Assembly: GCA_051530055.1 (NCBI GenBank)
Contig: CM121342.1
Location: 9,501,480-9,565,479, forward strand
Source: Neoechinorhynchus agilis
Taxonomy: Eukaryota > Animalia > Acanthocephala
Length of the DNA stretch: 64,000 bases
Direction of reading: 5' to 3'
The position numbers and the translations under genes are program-made. Under the pieces are notes generated by a model. It ran no database searches, was not told the origin of the DNA, and was given only the letters and a program-made list of their open reading frames with translations. Shown in pieces: positions 47,901-57,840 of this stretch. Each line of letters starts with the position of its first letter. The first letter of the stretch is position 1.

Positions 47901-50900
47901 GCATTGCACACAGTAGACAAGGCTTCTAAGTATGGGAATCATACTAGGATATAAATAAAGATCCATTGAGATATCGCTTTGCTGTCTTTTAAGAATACAA
48001 TTACGGCCAAATTTCACCCTATTGGTACCAAACCAAAATCTCCGTTGCTCGCATTCATCATGGCCATTGAAAATCTCCTCTGCTTCTGCCTCCACCACAA
48101 TTTTAGACAATTGACGAAACCGAAGAGCATCTCGTACATTTAAAACTTTAGAAGGTACATAATCCAAATCGGCAATTAATGAAATATCTTCGCGTGTCAA
48201 TGACGGTACTTGAATCTTAGAAAACCGATTGAGGAAAGAACGAGGCAAACCTTTACGGCCATGGCCGTGTTCATGAGGATTTTGCGTTGCGAATATTTTG
48301 ATTTTTCGAAAATCAATAAAAAAGCGTTCTTCAATACCAGGAACGTAGAGCTCGTGGCGATGATCGAAGCAACCGTTAAGAGCTTCAAGAATATTCTGAT
48401 TTGCGAGATTAAGTTCATCAAGAATCAACCATGAGCTAGTTCGAATGGCTTTCAAGAGTGCTCCATCTCGCCAGTGAAATCCACTTTTTCCATCAGGAAC
48501 TTCAACTCCGAATAAATCACAAATATCAGTCTGTTCGGACAAATTGAGTCTTATTATCTTTGCATGATTCGCCTGTGCGATGATCCTTGGCAGATACGTT
48601 TTTCCGATTCCAGGAACGCCTTCAAGTAGAATTGGTCTTTGTATTTTCATCGCTCTATTGATTTTGGAAATGATAAGGTCAACAGTGGGTGTTCGTCGAA
48701 AATGTGTAGGAAGATCTACCATTGAAAAACTTGCCTCCCATTCACCGACTTTATTTCTCAGTTCTTCAAACGCTACCTGAACGTTCTTTGGTATTGAATC
48801 GAAGCAATCACCAAAAACAGCTAAAGCTCCTTCGTAAACGTTTTTGGTATCGTTCACAAAACCAACCCAGGCAAGTACGTCTCGAACTGTGAACTGGTCG
48901 TTGATAGGAATAACTCGTCGCACAAAATCAATCATTGCGAGTTTTGAAAATTCGCAATCATCTAAACTAAAATTCCTATCGATCACGTCACAGAGGTCAT
49001 CGATTAGTGATTGTTCGTCTAAATCACAGTATATCTCCGTGAACCGATTGCGCAATGCTGTAGAAAGTTCACGTTTTCCATAATCTCCAGATGGATTCAT
49101 AGTGGCAACCAAACGAAATTGCGCATGAGCTGTAACATTCTGAGTTGAAGGATGGTCAGGAATAAAAATTGATCGATCGTTGTCTAGAAGAGAATTCAAT
49201 CTCTCAAGTACACTATCGTCCGCAAGAGCAATTTCATCAAGCAAAAATATTTCCCCTTCATTCATTGCATTGATCAGCTGACCGTCCTTCCAATCGATTA
49301 GCGACGAAGACGACGTGTGCCAACCACCTAAAAAATCGCCAGCTTCAATTTGACCGTGGCAATTGATTGTAAAAAGCTTTTGACTAAACATTCGAGCAAG
49401 TAATTGACAAACCGTGGTCTTACCAATTCCCGTCTTTCCAACAAGCAAAAATGGTTCATCAAAATTGTGACAAATCGATGACATCAATAACATTCGGCGT
49501 AAACTTTTGGTTAGAACAAGATGTCCAAACTCTGGAGGAATTTCCAAAACAGCTTTAAATCCGTTTGTCGAAGGACTCGAGAAATCAAAAAGGCTTTCTT
49601 CATGAATGTGTCGTTTAAACACTTCCTCGATTGCTTCTTTTATCATAAGGACGTCTCGTGAACATCTCACTCGACCACTGAGCAACAAATATCCCATATC
49701 AACGACATATTGGATATAATCTTTATGATCGCATTTAGATTTAGTGAATCTGCGCGCCCAACGGAAAAGGTCTCGAAGGGTTACAAGACCTGATCTGCCT
49801 GCAAAGATGAAACTGCTCGACCGAGCACTCTCGAGTCTAGTAAAAACCTCTATCATTTTACTCGCGCAAGACGATGGAATCTCAGTTTTCTCACATAATA
49901 TCCGCTCAAGATCGCACTTATTATATCTATCGAATTGGATTTCAATAAATCGACTTCTAAAGGCTTTCGATAGTCTTTTACGTCCTTGATAATGAAATCC
50001 AGCTGGATTTTGTGTTGCAAATATCAAAAAGCCCTTGTTAGGTTTTATTGTTTCTCCAGTTTCGGCGATAAAAAGCTCATTATTGTCGTCAAGAACACGA
50101 TTAAGAGCTTCAAGAACATCTGATGGAGCCAAATTAAGTTCGTCGATCAACACCCAATGACCTTGAATCATTGCTTTTACCAAAGGACCATATTGAAACT
50201 TCAAACCTTGATTGGAGCCGCAATACGTACCGATGTATTCGGCAAGATCAGTGTGTTCATGATTATTGATCCGAATAAGATGATTATTTGTGTGATTGGC
50301 AAGCCACTGAACGAGACTAGTCTTACCCACTGAAGTCTCACCTTGTAAAAGAATTGGATATTTCCCAAAACTGACTGCTCGTGCCAACGCGCTCAGATTT
50401 TTTTTAACTCCATCAGTAAACACGTACTTGATCTCATGAGAATTTGTGCACTTGCCTTTCCTAAGCCAATAATCGCATATTTTAATATCCGATTGTTCAA
50501 ATTTGAAATACTGAGAAGCCTTGATCTTTTCAAGTGCGTTTGATTCAATTTCATTTAAAAAATTAGCAACAAACGAAGCGAGAATCGCATGGTCGTTACT
50601 TGTTCGACAATGAGATCCAAAACACATCAAAAGACCATCATAAAGCCCACGGAGAACATAAGCCGTTTTCATTTCGCGGAAATATCTAATAGTTCTACAG
50701 AGAGTTCGGATATTTACGTCTAGCACGGGCTTGACTGTCGTGTAAAATTGAAAAAATCCATCTACGACGCCAGCGGGATATTTCTTTCCATCAAGACCCA
50801 CTGTTATAATACTTTTTAAATCATCGATGCACTCTTCAACTGTGATTTCAGTGAATCTCGATCTTATAGACCGTGGTAGGATACGTTTCTTCGCTCCGCT

Positions 50901-52739
50901 GGAATCCGGAGGATTCATACAAGCAAATAATCGAAATCCAGGCGACGATTTCTTAATAGGTTTTCCTTGTCCGTTTTCGTAGACTACAATCGTTCCAGAG
51001 TCTAAAAGCTCATCGAGGACAGCAAGAGTCTCATCAGAAGCGAGATTAACTTCATCAAGTAGTAACCAATGTCCATCTTTCAATGCCCGTACCAATGGCC
51101 CATTCACAAATTTAAATGTAAAATGTAGGCCCGGCTTTAAATTTCCTTTTAAATCTTGGATTTCCGCTAATATCTTTCGTCCATCATCTTCATGTTTATC
51201 CATGATTTTATTACCAGCATTTTCCATCAAATTTAGTGCCAAACTGAACTTTTCCTTATCCGCTTCTATCCTGACCATATCCACCATTTTTTCAGCGAAA
51301 TGCGTTGGGAAAACATTGTTTAATAGAACACTAAGACGCCTTAGAATAAGTTCAATTTCTTTTGAAATGTCCAATGGTTTGTACGAACCTATCAAGTCGC
51401 TCAATGCGTCGCTTTGTTGGTTTAAATTAACGACAATAAGTTTCTTGTTCATAGCTTTAGCAAGAAGTTGAACACAGCTCGTTTTTCCGACGCCCGTTGG
51501 ACCAACAAGTAAAGTTGCTTCTTCACTCTGAACAGCAGATCGATAAATGGTAGCCAAAAGCGAACTTGTATTTTCTGTCAATGCAAATCTTGTTTTTCGG
51601 GCTTCTTCGATCACTGCATCAATCCCCAAAATTCGTCGCCGTTTGCTTTTTTCACTCAGCCTAAAACAGTCCGCGATATCCATCTCAAGGTCCGGAAAAG
51701 CATCATATTTTACGAGCTGATCCTCATGGGATTGTCGAATGAAGGGCAATTGTCTTCGAAGACATCGAATGGCATTACGAATCGTTAGTTCTGGCTCCGA
51801 TTCACTCAAATGACTACAAACTCGCTGAATTACTTGACAAGGACAATGACGAAAGATATGTTTGCATATTGCTACCGGATCCTGAATCGAATTCATTTCC
51901 AAGATCACACTAACGGCAGATTCGCGGATGAGATGGGAACAATCTGAACACTTTCCCGAAAATCCACCCGTTCTCTCGGTTAAAACAATCCGAACACTTT
52001 TATGAACAATGTTTCGTTCACCCCTTATCCTCAATGATCGATTTTCAACGACGTCCACTAAAAATGAAGCAACATCTTCGGGGCATTGGTCAATATCCTC
52101 CAGAAGTAATATAGTATTGGGATTGAGACAAGCTCGAGTAAATGGTCCTGGGACCCATTCAAATTGATTGCCAATAAAATGATACGTTCCAATAAGATTA
52201 TAGAGGTCCGTTTGACCACTCAGTTGAATCTTAACCAATTTAAGGTTCAATCTTTTTGCGGCATATTGAACAGTAGCCGTTTTTCCACAACCCACAGGTC
52301 CTCGAATTAATATAGCCGTAAGTCTGTCCTGATCGAGTAAAGGACATAAAATCACGTGTTTTAATTTGGCCAATAAATCGCGATTCCCGCAATAATATCG
52401 CTTACTTGAAACAAAGTGACTATTCGAAGAGTCCTCTGACCAGTGTGAACGTTTTCCGGACAATAATTGATGGTATCTAACGAGAGAAATGCTCGTTAAA
52501 GCTTCTAATTTGACGGGATCCTTTATCAGAGAATTATAGAATCTAGACAAAATATACGCTAATATATCGTCCAGTTTAAGTCGCTTACAAAGTTTAAGTG
52601 TTGCCGGAGCTAAATAGTGGACCACTTTGCGGTATTCGTACTCTGGAGCCACTGAATTTATCATACGATCGACGGTTATGGGCAAAGATTTTGCCGACGA
52701 TAATGGACTTTGTCTTTTTAAGGAAGCCACGTTTGTCAT
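42000..52739 (-). CDS. MDN1: Midasin (AAA+ ribosome biogenesis factor), single exon, about 3579 aa
   Basis: Six Walker A motifs (GPVGCGKT, GPTGVGKT, GETSVGKT, GKTGIGKT, GVPGIGKT, GKTNCGKL), linker, D/E-rich region and a C-terminal MIDAS domain (QGDFRTGRRLNMRRV, VDNSKSM, VISDG). Confidence 0.95.
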   Translation of the reverse strand: MTNVASLKRQSPLSSAKSLPITVDRMINSVAPEYEYRKVVHYLAPATLKLCKRLKLDDILAYILSRFYNSLIKDPVKLEALTSISLVRYHQLLSGKRSHWSEDSSNSHFVSSKRYYCGNRDLLAKLKHVILCPLLDQDRLTAILIRGPVGCGKTATVQYAAKRLNLKLVKIQLSGQTDLYNLIGTYHFIGNQFEWVPGPFTRACLNPNTILLLEDIDQCPEDVASFLVDVVENRSLRIRGERNIVHKSVRIVLTERTGGFSGKCSDCSHLIRESAVSVILEMNSIQDPVAICKHIFRHCPCQVIQRVCSHLSESEPELTIRNAIRCLRRQLPFIRQSHEDQLVKYDAFPDLEMDIADCFRLSEKSKRRRILGIDAVIEEARKTRFALTENTSSLLATIYRSAVQSEEATLLVGPTGVGKTSCVQLLAKAMNKKLIVVNLNQQSDALSDLIGSYKPLDISKEIELILRRLSVLLNNVFPTHFAEKMVDMVRIEADKEKFSLALNLMENAGNKIMDKHEDDGRKILAEIQDLKGNLKPGLHFTFKFVNGPLVRALKDGHWLLLDEVNLASDETLAVLDELLDSGTIVVYENGQGKPIKKSSPGFRLFACMNPPDSSGAKKRILPRSIRSRFTEITVEECIDDLKSIITVGLDGKKYPAGVVDGFFQFYTTVKPVLDVNIRTLCRTIRYFREMKTAYVLRGLYDGLLMCFGSHCRTSNDHAILASFVANFLNEIESNALEKIKASQYFKFEQSDIKICDYWLRKGKCTNSHEIKYVFTDGVKKNLSALARAVSFGKYPILLQGETSVGKTSLVQWLANHTNNHLIRINNHEHTDLAEYIGTYCGSNQGLKFQYGPLVKAMIQGHWVLIDELNLAPSDVLEALNRVLDDNNELFIAETGETIKPNKGFLIFATQNPAGFHYQGRKRLSKAFRSRFIEIQFDRYNKCDLERILCEKTEIPSSCASKMIEVFTRLESARSSSFIFAGRSGLVTLRDLFRWARRFTKSKCDHKDYIQYVVDMGYLLLSGRVRCSRDVLMIKEAIEEVFKRHIHEESLFDFSSPSTNGFKAVLEIPPEFGHLVLTKSLRRMLLMSSICHNFDEPFLLVGKTGIGKTTVCQLLARMFSQKLFTINCHGQIEAGDFLGGWHTSSSSLIDWKDGQLINAMNEGEIFLLDEIALADDSVLERLNSLLDNDRSIFIPDHPSTQNVTAHAQFRLVATMNPSGDYGKRELSTALRNRFTEIYCDLDEQSLIDDLCDVIDRNFSLDDCEFSKLAMIDFVRRVIPINDQFTVRDVLAWVGFVNDTKNVYEGALAVFGDCFDSIPKNVQVAFEELRNKVGEWEASFSMVDLPTHFRRTPTVDLIISKINRAMKIQRPILLEGVPGIGKTYLPRIIAQANHAKIIRLNLSEQTDICDLFGVEVPDGKSGFHWRDGALLKAIRTSSWLILDELNLANQNILEALNGCFDHRHELYVPGIEERFFIDFRKIKIFATQNPHEHGHGRKGLPRSFLNRFSKIQVPSLTREDISLIADLDYVPSKVLNVRDALRFRQLSKIVVEAEAEEIFNGHDECEQRRFWFGTNRVKFGRNCILKRQQSDISMDLYLYPSMIPILRSLVYCVQCKWPVLLTGKTNCGKLCAIKSLAAIYGELANLKVVSLSPSSDSFDLLGTYEQTISSQNERPAFEWVKSALVEAIEQGHWLVLRNANRCPTAVLDRLNPLLEVDQNEFWISEAGISVSQHPNLRIFLTMDPKYGNVSAALKNRTMEIQMIHNEVDIDRVRECRYLSLETNTKPKSSMSTVNLRLLLSDQLLAKLRPVWFVFNASEKTISDVFKCYLAIERCSPEMLSILSKSDNHLLVKSTNRILKSMDLSSFKQDEPIIKSVYPDLFEPVNELDCEMVAQIWISVFISRLNANNSLEHKFVDFLNGSINCKSLKNAILFSLISSAIVFDWKSLQCDKQTDELLKRVVFFDITSTELDHDDGTMEYWQFVRLLHELNSNERIKSLPESSFVQHLAKVIPLLANRNLESLKIADFTFNERLLILRGFIRSKRDVLSLNETSMAYRLNNAFNRISFVDNENDFVSRSRELFYDCSIAQYGLMRETFDAVKNDLIVLTGTRYDCDPDDPWHFKVDEDAIEFYRRLSEPRITIDPACAEYMTCVIRNVLITYLHIFCELVSKISIHEIGIVIPYAFELEIKSVLPKTIRPVSSTVPEDLSKRQFIDLIKFLNDFNQRIICNRTIDRRTMILIFMDELESKFSDGRLSDIIRPIMFSLANVCFKLESESKSNGFIDTCSHQWPLRSPERVEIIANNGINEFKTSGDLKLFLVLVKLFKCTRKDRFVSNTHRRLIDCLLNWWERWCGMTLDEAVRRNAVEMDEEINLDEHSDIPEVKEVAFNEQCIYELYESISFAPKNMNSNDEYQKFVDALCQSSAKYRQSSLFNHPSIVNFSLDLENLRLLESIKTKTLNFYTDPNPEEAFLCVPLVEKIHKYVLPSREMDVANPFMEDVRSICERVLNLNVQRPLSDFLIGLDLLCSKIESFTSNKSNEDRLDKRNVNKIYELIAKWRKLELQSWPAALDRVSRQLRRFEPIQRFWLPIYSLLNAHQDESPSLFETIRQFVCGSTVGDFHTRCEIIEICYRLSGHRSSILINTVRKWASYELSVQHFINEHTTELEKRLDGAVKTCSWAKISNYHALRSWSHKTRSMVLHCVRRLKDMLNESVLTQIAKDVPQIDSTDYSDFNLEKIDELIDRSKHLSMERSATESKCVQLMVSVIDGLRRKDMIGLSGLIEMTTNNIDSKEKVIDDILSEARSVFAAKTTRYNLVDIAEVGRAFIDQLLPLDRLFWCLYVRHEHFLSVKPTLVKRKDRLKRMVNLAIDCVLECIDQRRRLLTWSRIIEHCSFSKDDQISNSNKSSPLWQTISEHELKIMIQVLVKWISENVTLPRLPDSKREGSIKEDIQSFIKECLKQCVLPLMYSLHRRTILCSIHLIDLFREVTKSVEEERMMDVACGDDKNPQGMSSCEKIEGGEDVSKEIEYEDQIEGLRGDEEARNEGMDEAEGCEMNDDFGDGDENEGELEEGVNEELDDEFGENLDGAGDDGVLDERLWDMQDESNDDKDQGEGDIMDVDQGEPDFEQEALAEDNAADDTEFMGEGNDDQIVNEEDDLMGENEADDGTDEMDVCKPKDDESDVDTDLMLDGSDEGLDGKGQGDGGEEGEVTDEVVNGAEGDLGEVNDKFEYGNKEEDFVGDGLGDTGQSNEEPDFKQDDDGRQEMGEEREKKKVNYADIVNIKAENDEIAITDDTSSNVSWSLAVDSIKVLCSELSEKLRVVLEPTKAARLQGDFRTGRRLNMRRVLAYVATNFKQDRIWLRRVRPDIRDVRVLLAVDNSKSMERVRTIVPQSVALVSQSLELLQGAKVAFMTFGDQVQCVHGFADGPVNAATGQLMMDLLTFRDRKSGFVEMLQEARNMFNADPQQTFSVGQRLLVVISDGLVLDNPNEVKRTIATIMNNSDDGIFVLLIMMDCHEDRKYSLLTMKHAHFIDGKVEFKSVMDDFPFPYYIAVRDVNEIAEMLACSLYQWFEMLVSNCRAV

Positions 52740-53406
52740 CTTAAATTTCAGTTTGAAAAACTCTAAAAAAACCAACTTATAAAGAAGTTGTTCATATTTT
52801 TTGGGTATTTAGAAAAATGAAAATCGATTTATGTCAATTTAAAAATATTTCGTCCGTCTCGTCGGACTCTACCGCAAGTTGCTTGGAATTTTTTTTTAAA
52901 TATGTGGCTCACATATTCGAGACGGAAGAGAAGGAAATAGGAGGACCCAAGTACCTTTGGATCCTCATAAGTATTCAAGCTCACAGTTGTTCCAAAAAAG
53001 CGTATCCGTTAGGATGGGAATATCCAGTCGTGGGATGTCCTTTCGGATGGGAATATCTAGTCAAAGGATGTCTATTCGAGTGAGAACTATCCAGTCCGGG
53101 TCTCATCACTAATTTCTTATAAAAACTCTAATAAAAAGAAGAATGTGCAGTCTTTTGAAAACGAAAGAACACAGATTTCAAGGTATCGCCTGACAAGTTT
53201 CTGCGTCGATTTCAGTGTAACTTCTTTGCTTTAAATGAGTTCCGCTAGAAAGAGTAAAAAGTACTATAATCGTAAACCTAAAAATGATTTGAGTTCATTT
53301 TTGAACAATCCGGGTATTTTGATAACATTTCCTCGTGGTCGAGGTACGCTGAACGTTTTGTCTTTTTTTCGAGCAAAATGTTTGCATTAAACGAGCCGAG
53401 GCTGAA

Positions 53407-54024
53407 ATGAAGGAGTTATTTAGAGTCACGCAATCATTGAAGACCGAGATCGTACTCGATGGAAATATCTGGGATGATCTGGAGCACGAAATGAATTCAA
53501 TAGAAGAAGACGAAAAACAATATTCTGGCCGGTTTTATTTCTATCAGAACCAAAACCGAAGTGATTCATTTCCGAATCAAGTTCTACTTGTTCTTTGCTC
53601 CACAAAACTGTTTAATCCACACGAATTGTGTTTGAAGCTTTACGAAAATCAGGATATCAAATGTTGTTCAAGTATCGAGAAGCTTCAACCCATTGATTTT
53701 ATATGTAAAGTCAAAGGACAGGATCATTTAAATGAGATTATAAAGTCTCGTTTAAAAGACTACGAAGGATTTGGTCCTGAGGAAAAGTACTTCGTTGATT
53801 TGGCCGTAACCAATAATGACTCAATTCATCGATCGGATCTGTATGCAGAAGTGACGCTTGCTTTGAACAATCGATTTAAAAGAACCAATCATTTCGGAGA
53901 ATGCCATTTTTGTGTAATGGTAAGAGTGTATCATAGATTTTTTTGTTTTTCTATTCTAAGGAACTATGGAAAATTTGCCAGGTTCAATTTTGCTTTGTAC
54001 AAACAGAAAAAAATTGCTTTGTGA
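53407..54024 (+). CDS. THUMP-domain protein (THUMPD1/Tan1-like), single exon
   Basis: LQPIDFICKV, RN-like VTNNDS..RSDL and the C-terminal VMVRVYHRFFCFSILRNYGKFARFN pattern. Confidence 0.6.
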   Translation: MKELFRVTQSLKTEIVLDGNIWDDLEHEMNSIEEDEKQYSGRFYFYQNQNRSDSFPNQVLLVLCSTKLFNPHELCLKLYENQDIKCCSSIEKLQPIDFICKVKGQDHLNEIIKSRLKDYEGFGPEEKYFVDLAVTNNDSIHRSDLYAEVTLALNNRFKRTNHFGECHFCVMVRVYHRFFCFSILRNYGKFARFNFALYKQKKIAL

Positions 54025-54581
54025 GCGTTAGCGTTGGTCCTAAACTCATGGGCATTTTCATTTGTAAGATTGCTACCCCGTGAGCAAAATTCTAGTGACT
54101 CAAAATGCTCATCGATCGATTTTTAAAACTGAACTTTTCAATTTTGTTTCCGATATTATGGAAATCGATGGATTTTAAATAGGTTGTTTTCTGGCCTAGA
54201 AATTAAAATGATTTTTTTGTTAGTACCTTTTGTATCGAAATATCGGATTTTAAAAATAAAATCATTTTAATTTCTAAGCCAGAAAACAACCTACACGAAC
54301 AATTCAATCTTCAGACGAATTTTAAATAGCGTAAATCGCATATTAGTACGACGGCGTAAACTTCTTTGAATTTATCAAACGTTCGGAGCTAAAGTTAGCC
54401 CAAAATACGTTTAAATTTACGAAACCAAGCGAAAATCACCCCAATAATGGGAGTTCTCGATTAAATTGATCTAATCACAAAGAGAAACTTTGCTATATAA
54501 AAAACGTAAGATTAAGATTCGTCTGCATTTTCGGACGCTTTTTTTACTGCGAAGATTACTTTTTATTTTTCTCTCGAACAA

Positions 54582-55556
54582 CTAAGTGAGTGAATTTTTC
54601 TCCGTGAGTTCCTTTAGTAAGATTCGATACAAGTCTTCCCACATGATTGGAAATGTTTTTCCCGGTGGGAAAAGATGCTGAATATGATTGACTAACGATT
54701 TAAAGGTCAAACAAACCGTACTGGGCGAAACTAAAACCACATCACAGATTTGAGCCACTGGAATTCTTTGATCATAGACCCTCGTTGCCAAATAAATACA
54801 AGCAGCAGCTACAGTTTGAGGACTGCGCCCGCCTACGATATTCAATTGAACAGATCTTTTTGAGAAGTGAATTGCCAGTAATCGTATTTCTAGACTTAAA
54901 TTAAGCAGTGAGCAGTATCTTGGTAAGTATTCTTCGTAATTGACAAGAGTCAGAGTTTGCTTCATCGATGCCATGATTTGTTTGTAACATCGCCCAACAT
55001 CTCGTTTACTAGCCTTAGCAACCGCGCAGATTTCTTTAAGAGTTCTAGCTTCCCCGGCTTGTCGGCAGGCAATGTAAATACAAGAACAAATGAGCGTGTT
55101 TTGGCCTCGGCCGTTCAGGCCCTTATTTTCTCCAACGTGTTTTATCAAATACTCGGCTTTCTCTATAATAGAATTTGGAATCTTCAATAATGCCGCTAAA
55201 TTTTGAACTTCTTTTCGACGAGTCAAAAGCGTCCTAACGCTCGGCTCCTGACGCTTAGATTCTCGGTATCGTTTAAAAATACGTTCAGCTCCAGGACTCA
55301 TGTGGCTCGATGAACCGACAACGGTCGCCATGTTAAGCGATAAGGGATATTTTTCATCTAAGGCATCACCGGTACGACATCTATCAAATGTGTTGGGATC
55401 GTCTTGAAAAGTCCGCCATTCAGCGGCTACATCGACTACTCGTTCACCGACTACAGCACCACAACAGCAACAGATTAAGTCGCCAGCTTTATAATCTTCT
55501 ATTAGTTCGGAATCCGGATGTTCTCGGCAAAAATACGCTCGTTCTCTTTTCCTCAT
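54582..55556 (-). CDS. GTF2B: General transcription factor IIB, single exon
   Basis: Zn ribbon CREHP...DYKAGDLIC..CGAVVGERVVDVAAEWRTF, plus cyclin repeats with IYIACRQ..EARTLKEI and GRSPQTVAAACIY. Confidence 0.95.
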   Translation of the reverse strand: MRKRERAYFCREHPDSELIEDYKAGDLICCCCGAVVGERVVDVAAEWRTFQDDPNTFDRCRTGDALDEKYPLSLNMATVVGSSSHMSPGAERIFKRYRESKRQEPSVRTLLTRRKEVQNLAALLKIPNSIIEKAEYLIKHVGENKGLNGRGQNTLICSCIYIACRQAGEARTLKEICAVAKASKRDVGRCYKQIMASMKQTLTLVNYEEYLPRYCSLLNLSLEIRLLAIHFSKRSVQLNIVGGRSPQTVAAACIYLATRVYDQRIPVAQICDVVLVSPSTVCLTFKSLVNHIQHLFPPGKTFPIMWEDLYRILLKELTEKNSLT

Positions 55557-57840
55557 ATCTGTTTCAATTTGGAAGGTTTAAAAATTAAAAGCCACGGTCG
55601 TGTTCTGTTAAAAAGACGATTTTTCGATCAATAACACTGGGCGTGATCGATTGGGAGTAGAAAGTGTTGATTTTTTGAAGAAAAAGGAGAGATCTTGAAC
55701 GGAGAATGAATGGGTGGTCGATTATGGGAGGAGCAAGAGAATAAATCGGAAATCCTACCTTTGTAGTAAACACACAATATGCTTTCAGAGGGTCTAAAGG
55801 GTGTAACAACCGCTCAGAAATATTATTATGATTAGCGAAAAAGGAGCAAGTGACAAACGCTCTTTTTTTCGGTCGTCAATGGAATATTTTAGTTATCTAA
55901 AGCCTTTTTCGCTAGCGAGCTGAAGAAATCTTACTGTATCGACTTTTTGCTCTTAATGGTCTCTTTGGTACTTATAAGTCATTTTTACTTCTCGCAAACA
56001 CAAGGGTTGAAGTTGCTAACTTATCGGTGTGCATTGATTTTATTGAGGCTAGACAAAGCGTACTCGACCAAATGTAATATAATCTAAATTCATCGTAAAT
56101 CATAAATATACACGTTGACCCAGTCAGTTTTCTAACAAAATACACTATTACTAAGCCCTTTTACTTATAGATATTTAAGAAATGCTTACGAACAATTTAA
56201 GTTTAATTACACAATAACGACAAATGAAGAATCTTCAAAGGAAATGTCCTTGTATGACTTAAATCTATTTGTAAACAATCACAATAATTATTAAACAAAT
56301 CTTAGATGTTTGAACATCGCCACGATCTTGAAATTGCCAACTTTTTCGTTTCTAATCGCTTAAACTTTATAGTAACTGAAAGCGCTCTAAAAAAAGAAAT
56401 AAGTACGGATCGCATCCGAACAAGACTTTCCAATCATTAATATTCATTTGAATGATTAAATGTGAACTTTAATATTGCTTTTTAGAGAACATATTCATTT
56501 GCAAAACTTGATTAATTTGGTGCGCGATAAAACTAAGGATTCATCAAAGTTTTGATAAAGTTCGAGTTTTACGATTCGGATTGTTGTTAATGTTGATCAT
56601 TCATTTAAAATATTTCGTAAGCTTTGTTGTATTTTCCTCACAAAATACTTAATTTGTAGATATAACTGAAGAGGTAAACAAAAAAGTTTACGAAATATTT
56701 TAAAATATATGATCAACACCAACAACAATCCGGGGGAAAAACATCTTTAAACTCGAATCAAATTCACCCCGACAATAATTCTCTATGTTAATAAAATGTT
56801 TTCTATTTAACGTGCTGAGGAAATATCCTCTCGAACGTACAATAAATCAAATTTAAACTCAATGTTTAAACCCATCAACTACGGTGTAAATTGTTAGTCT
56901 TAATAATGAGACACGAGATTGATTCTATCAGGATCTCTCCGTAATTTTAATTCTTAGATTTTTATGGGAACCTAAACTTGTGAGGAAGCGATCTCAAATG
57001 GTAATGAATATTAATTATTGCAAAACATATACTGATTGATTGTAAGTAGTGATTCAAGTAATCGTTCCGAATAAAATCAAATTCTATTGCATTTCTAGAT
57101 TGAAAGTGATCAATGGTTTATAAAAAAAAATTAATTTATATTGATAAGAACGCCAGCTTCTCGTTTTAGTCGATTGCTAGAATTCTAAAATTGAAAATCT
57201 TGATGTGCTACAATTCATTTTCAACCAAAAGATTGCGCTTCTAATGCTGGTTTTCAAGATATCTTTAAATTTGATTAGTACCGAACGTTAAGATATATTT
57301 AAAGTTAAAGCCGGTAAGCGAAAACGCAGGATCTTCATTGGCGTATTAAAATTATATTATGATATTATTTGTTTTAAAAGTGGAGTTCAAAATATGTAAG
57401 TAATATTAAAATAGAATCCAATAAACCCACTAGAACAAATTTATTGACGCCATCGATCAGTTTAACTATATGATTTATCTATGACGATTTGCTCTTTTAG
57501 TTTATCTTTTTTACCTTTGAATGGTACATGTTGTTTCCATTGATACGTATGAGGAGATTCTCGATTTGCGTATTTTATAAGTAATATTCGATAACTTCTA
57601 AAAATTCAATATTGCTCACACTTGAACCGTAGCTATAGTTACTTGTGAATTCTCAATTTTTATTCGAATTCCGATGGACTATGAGGATGGATATTAGGTG
57701 CCAAAACGCAGAAAAATCGCAATGCAGGCCGAGTAAATCATACAAATGCATAAAGAGTTTCATCGAGACAACGTTAAAGTCAGCAAAGGTGATTTTGAGT
57801 ATAATCGGATTTTCTTATTAATTTAAGACAACCATAAAAG

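Noticed and set aside
43009-52000. Many plus-strand ORFs overlapping midasin (and similar ones over TTC4, TFIIB and kelch)
   Set aside because: S/L/F-rich antisense shadows of the real coding frame.
52990-53100. About 2.5 copies of a roughly 32-bp repeat (ggatgggaatatc.agtc) between MDN1 and the THUMP gene
   Set aside because: Too short and degenerate to assign. It is not a CRISPR-like array (eukaryotic context, no unique spacers).
55900-57800. Upstream BTB/BACK exons of the kelch gene and possible further hairpin introns
   Set aside because: Exons could not be assembled reliably by eye, and inverted repeats there are AT-rich and weak.
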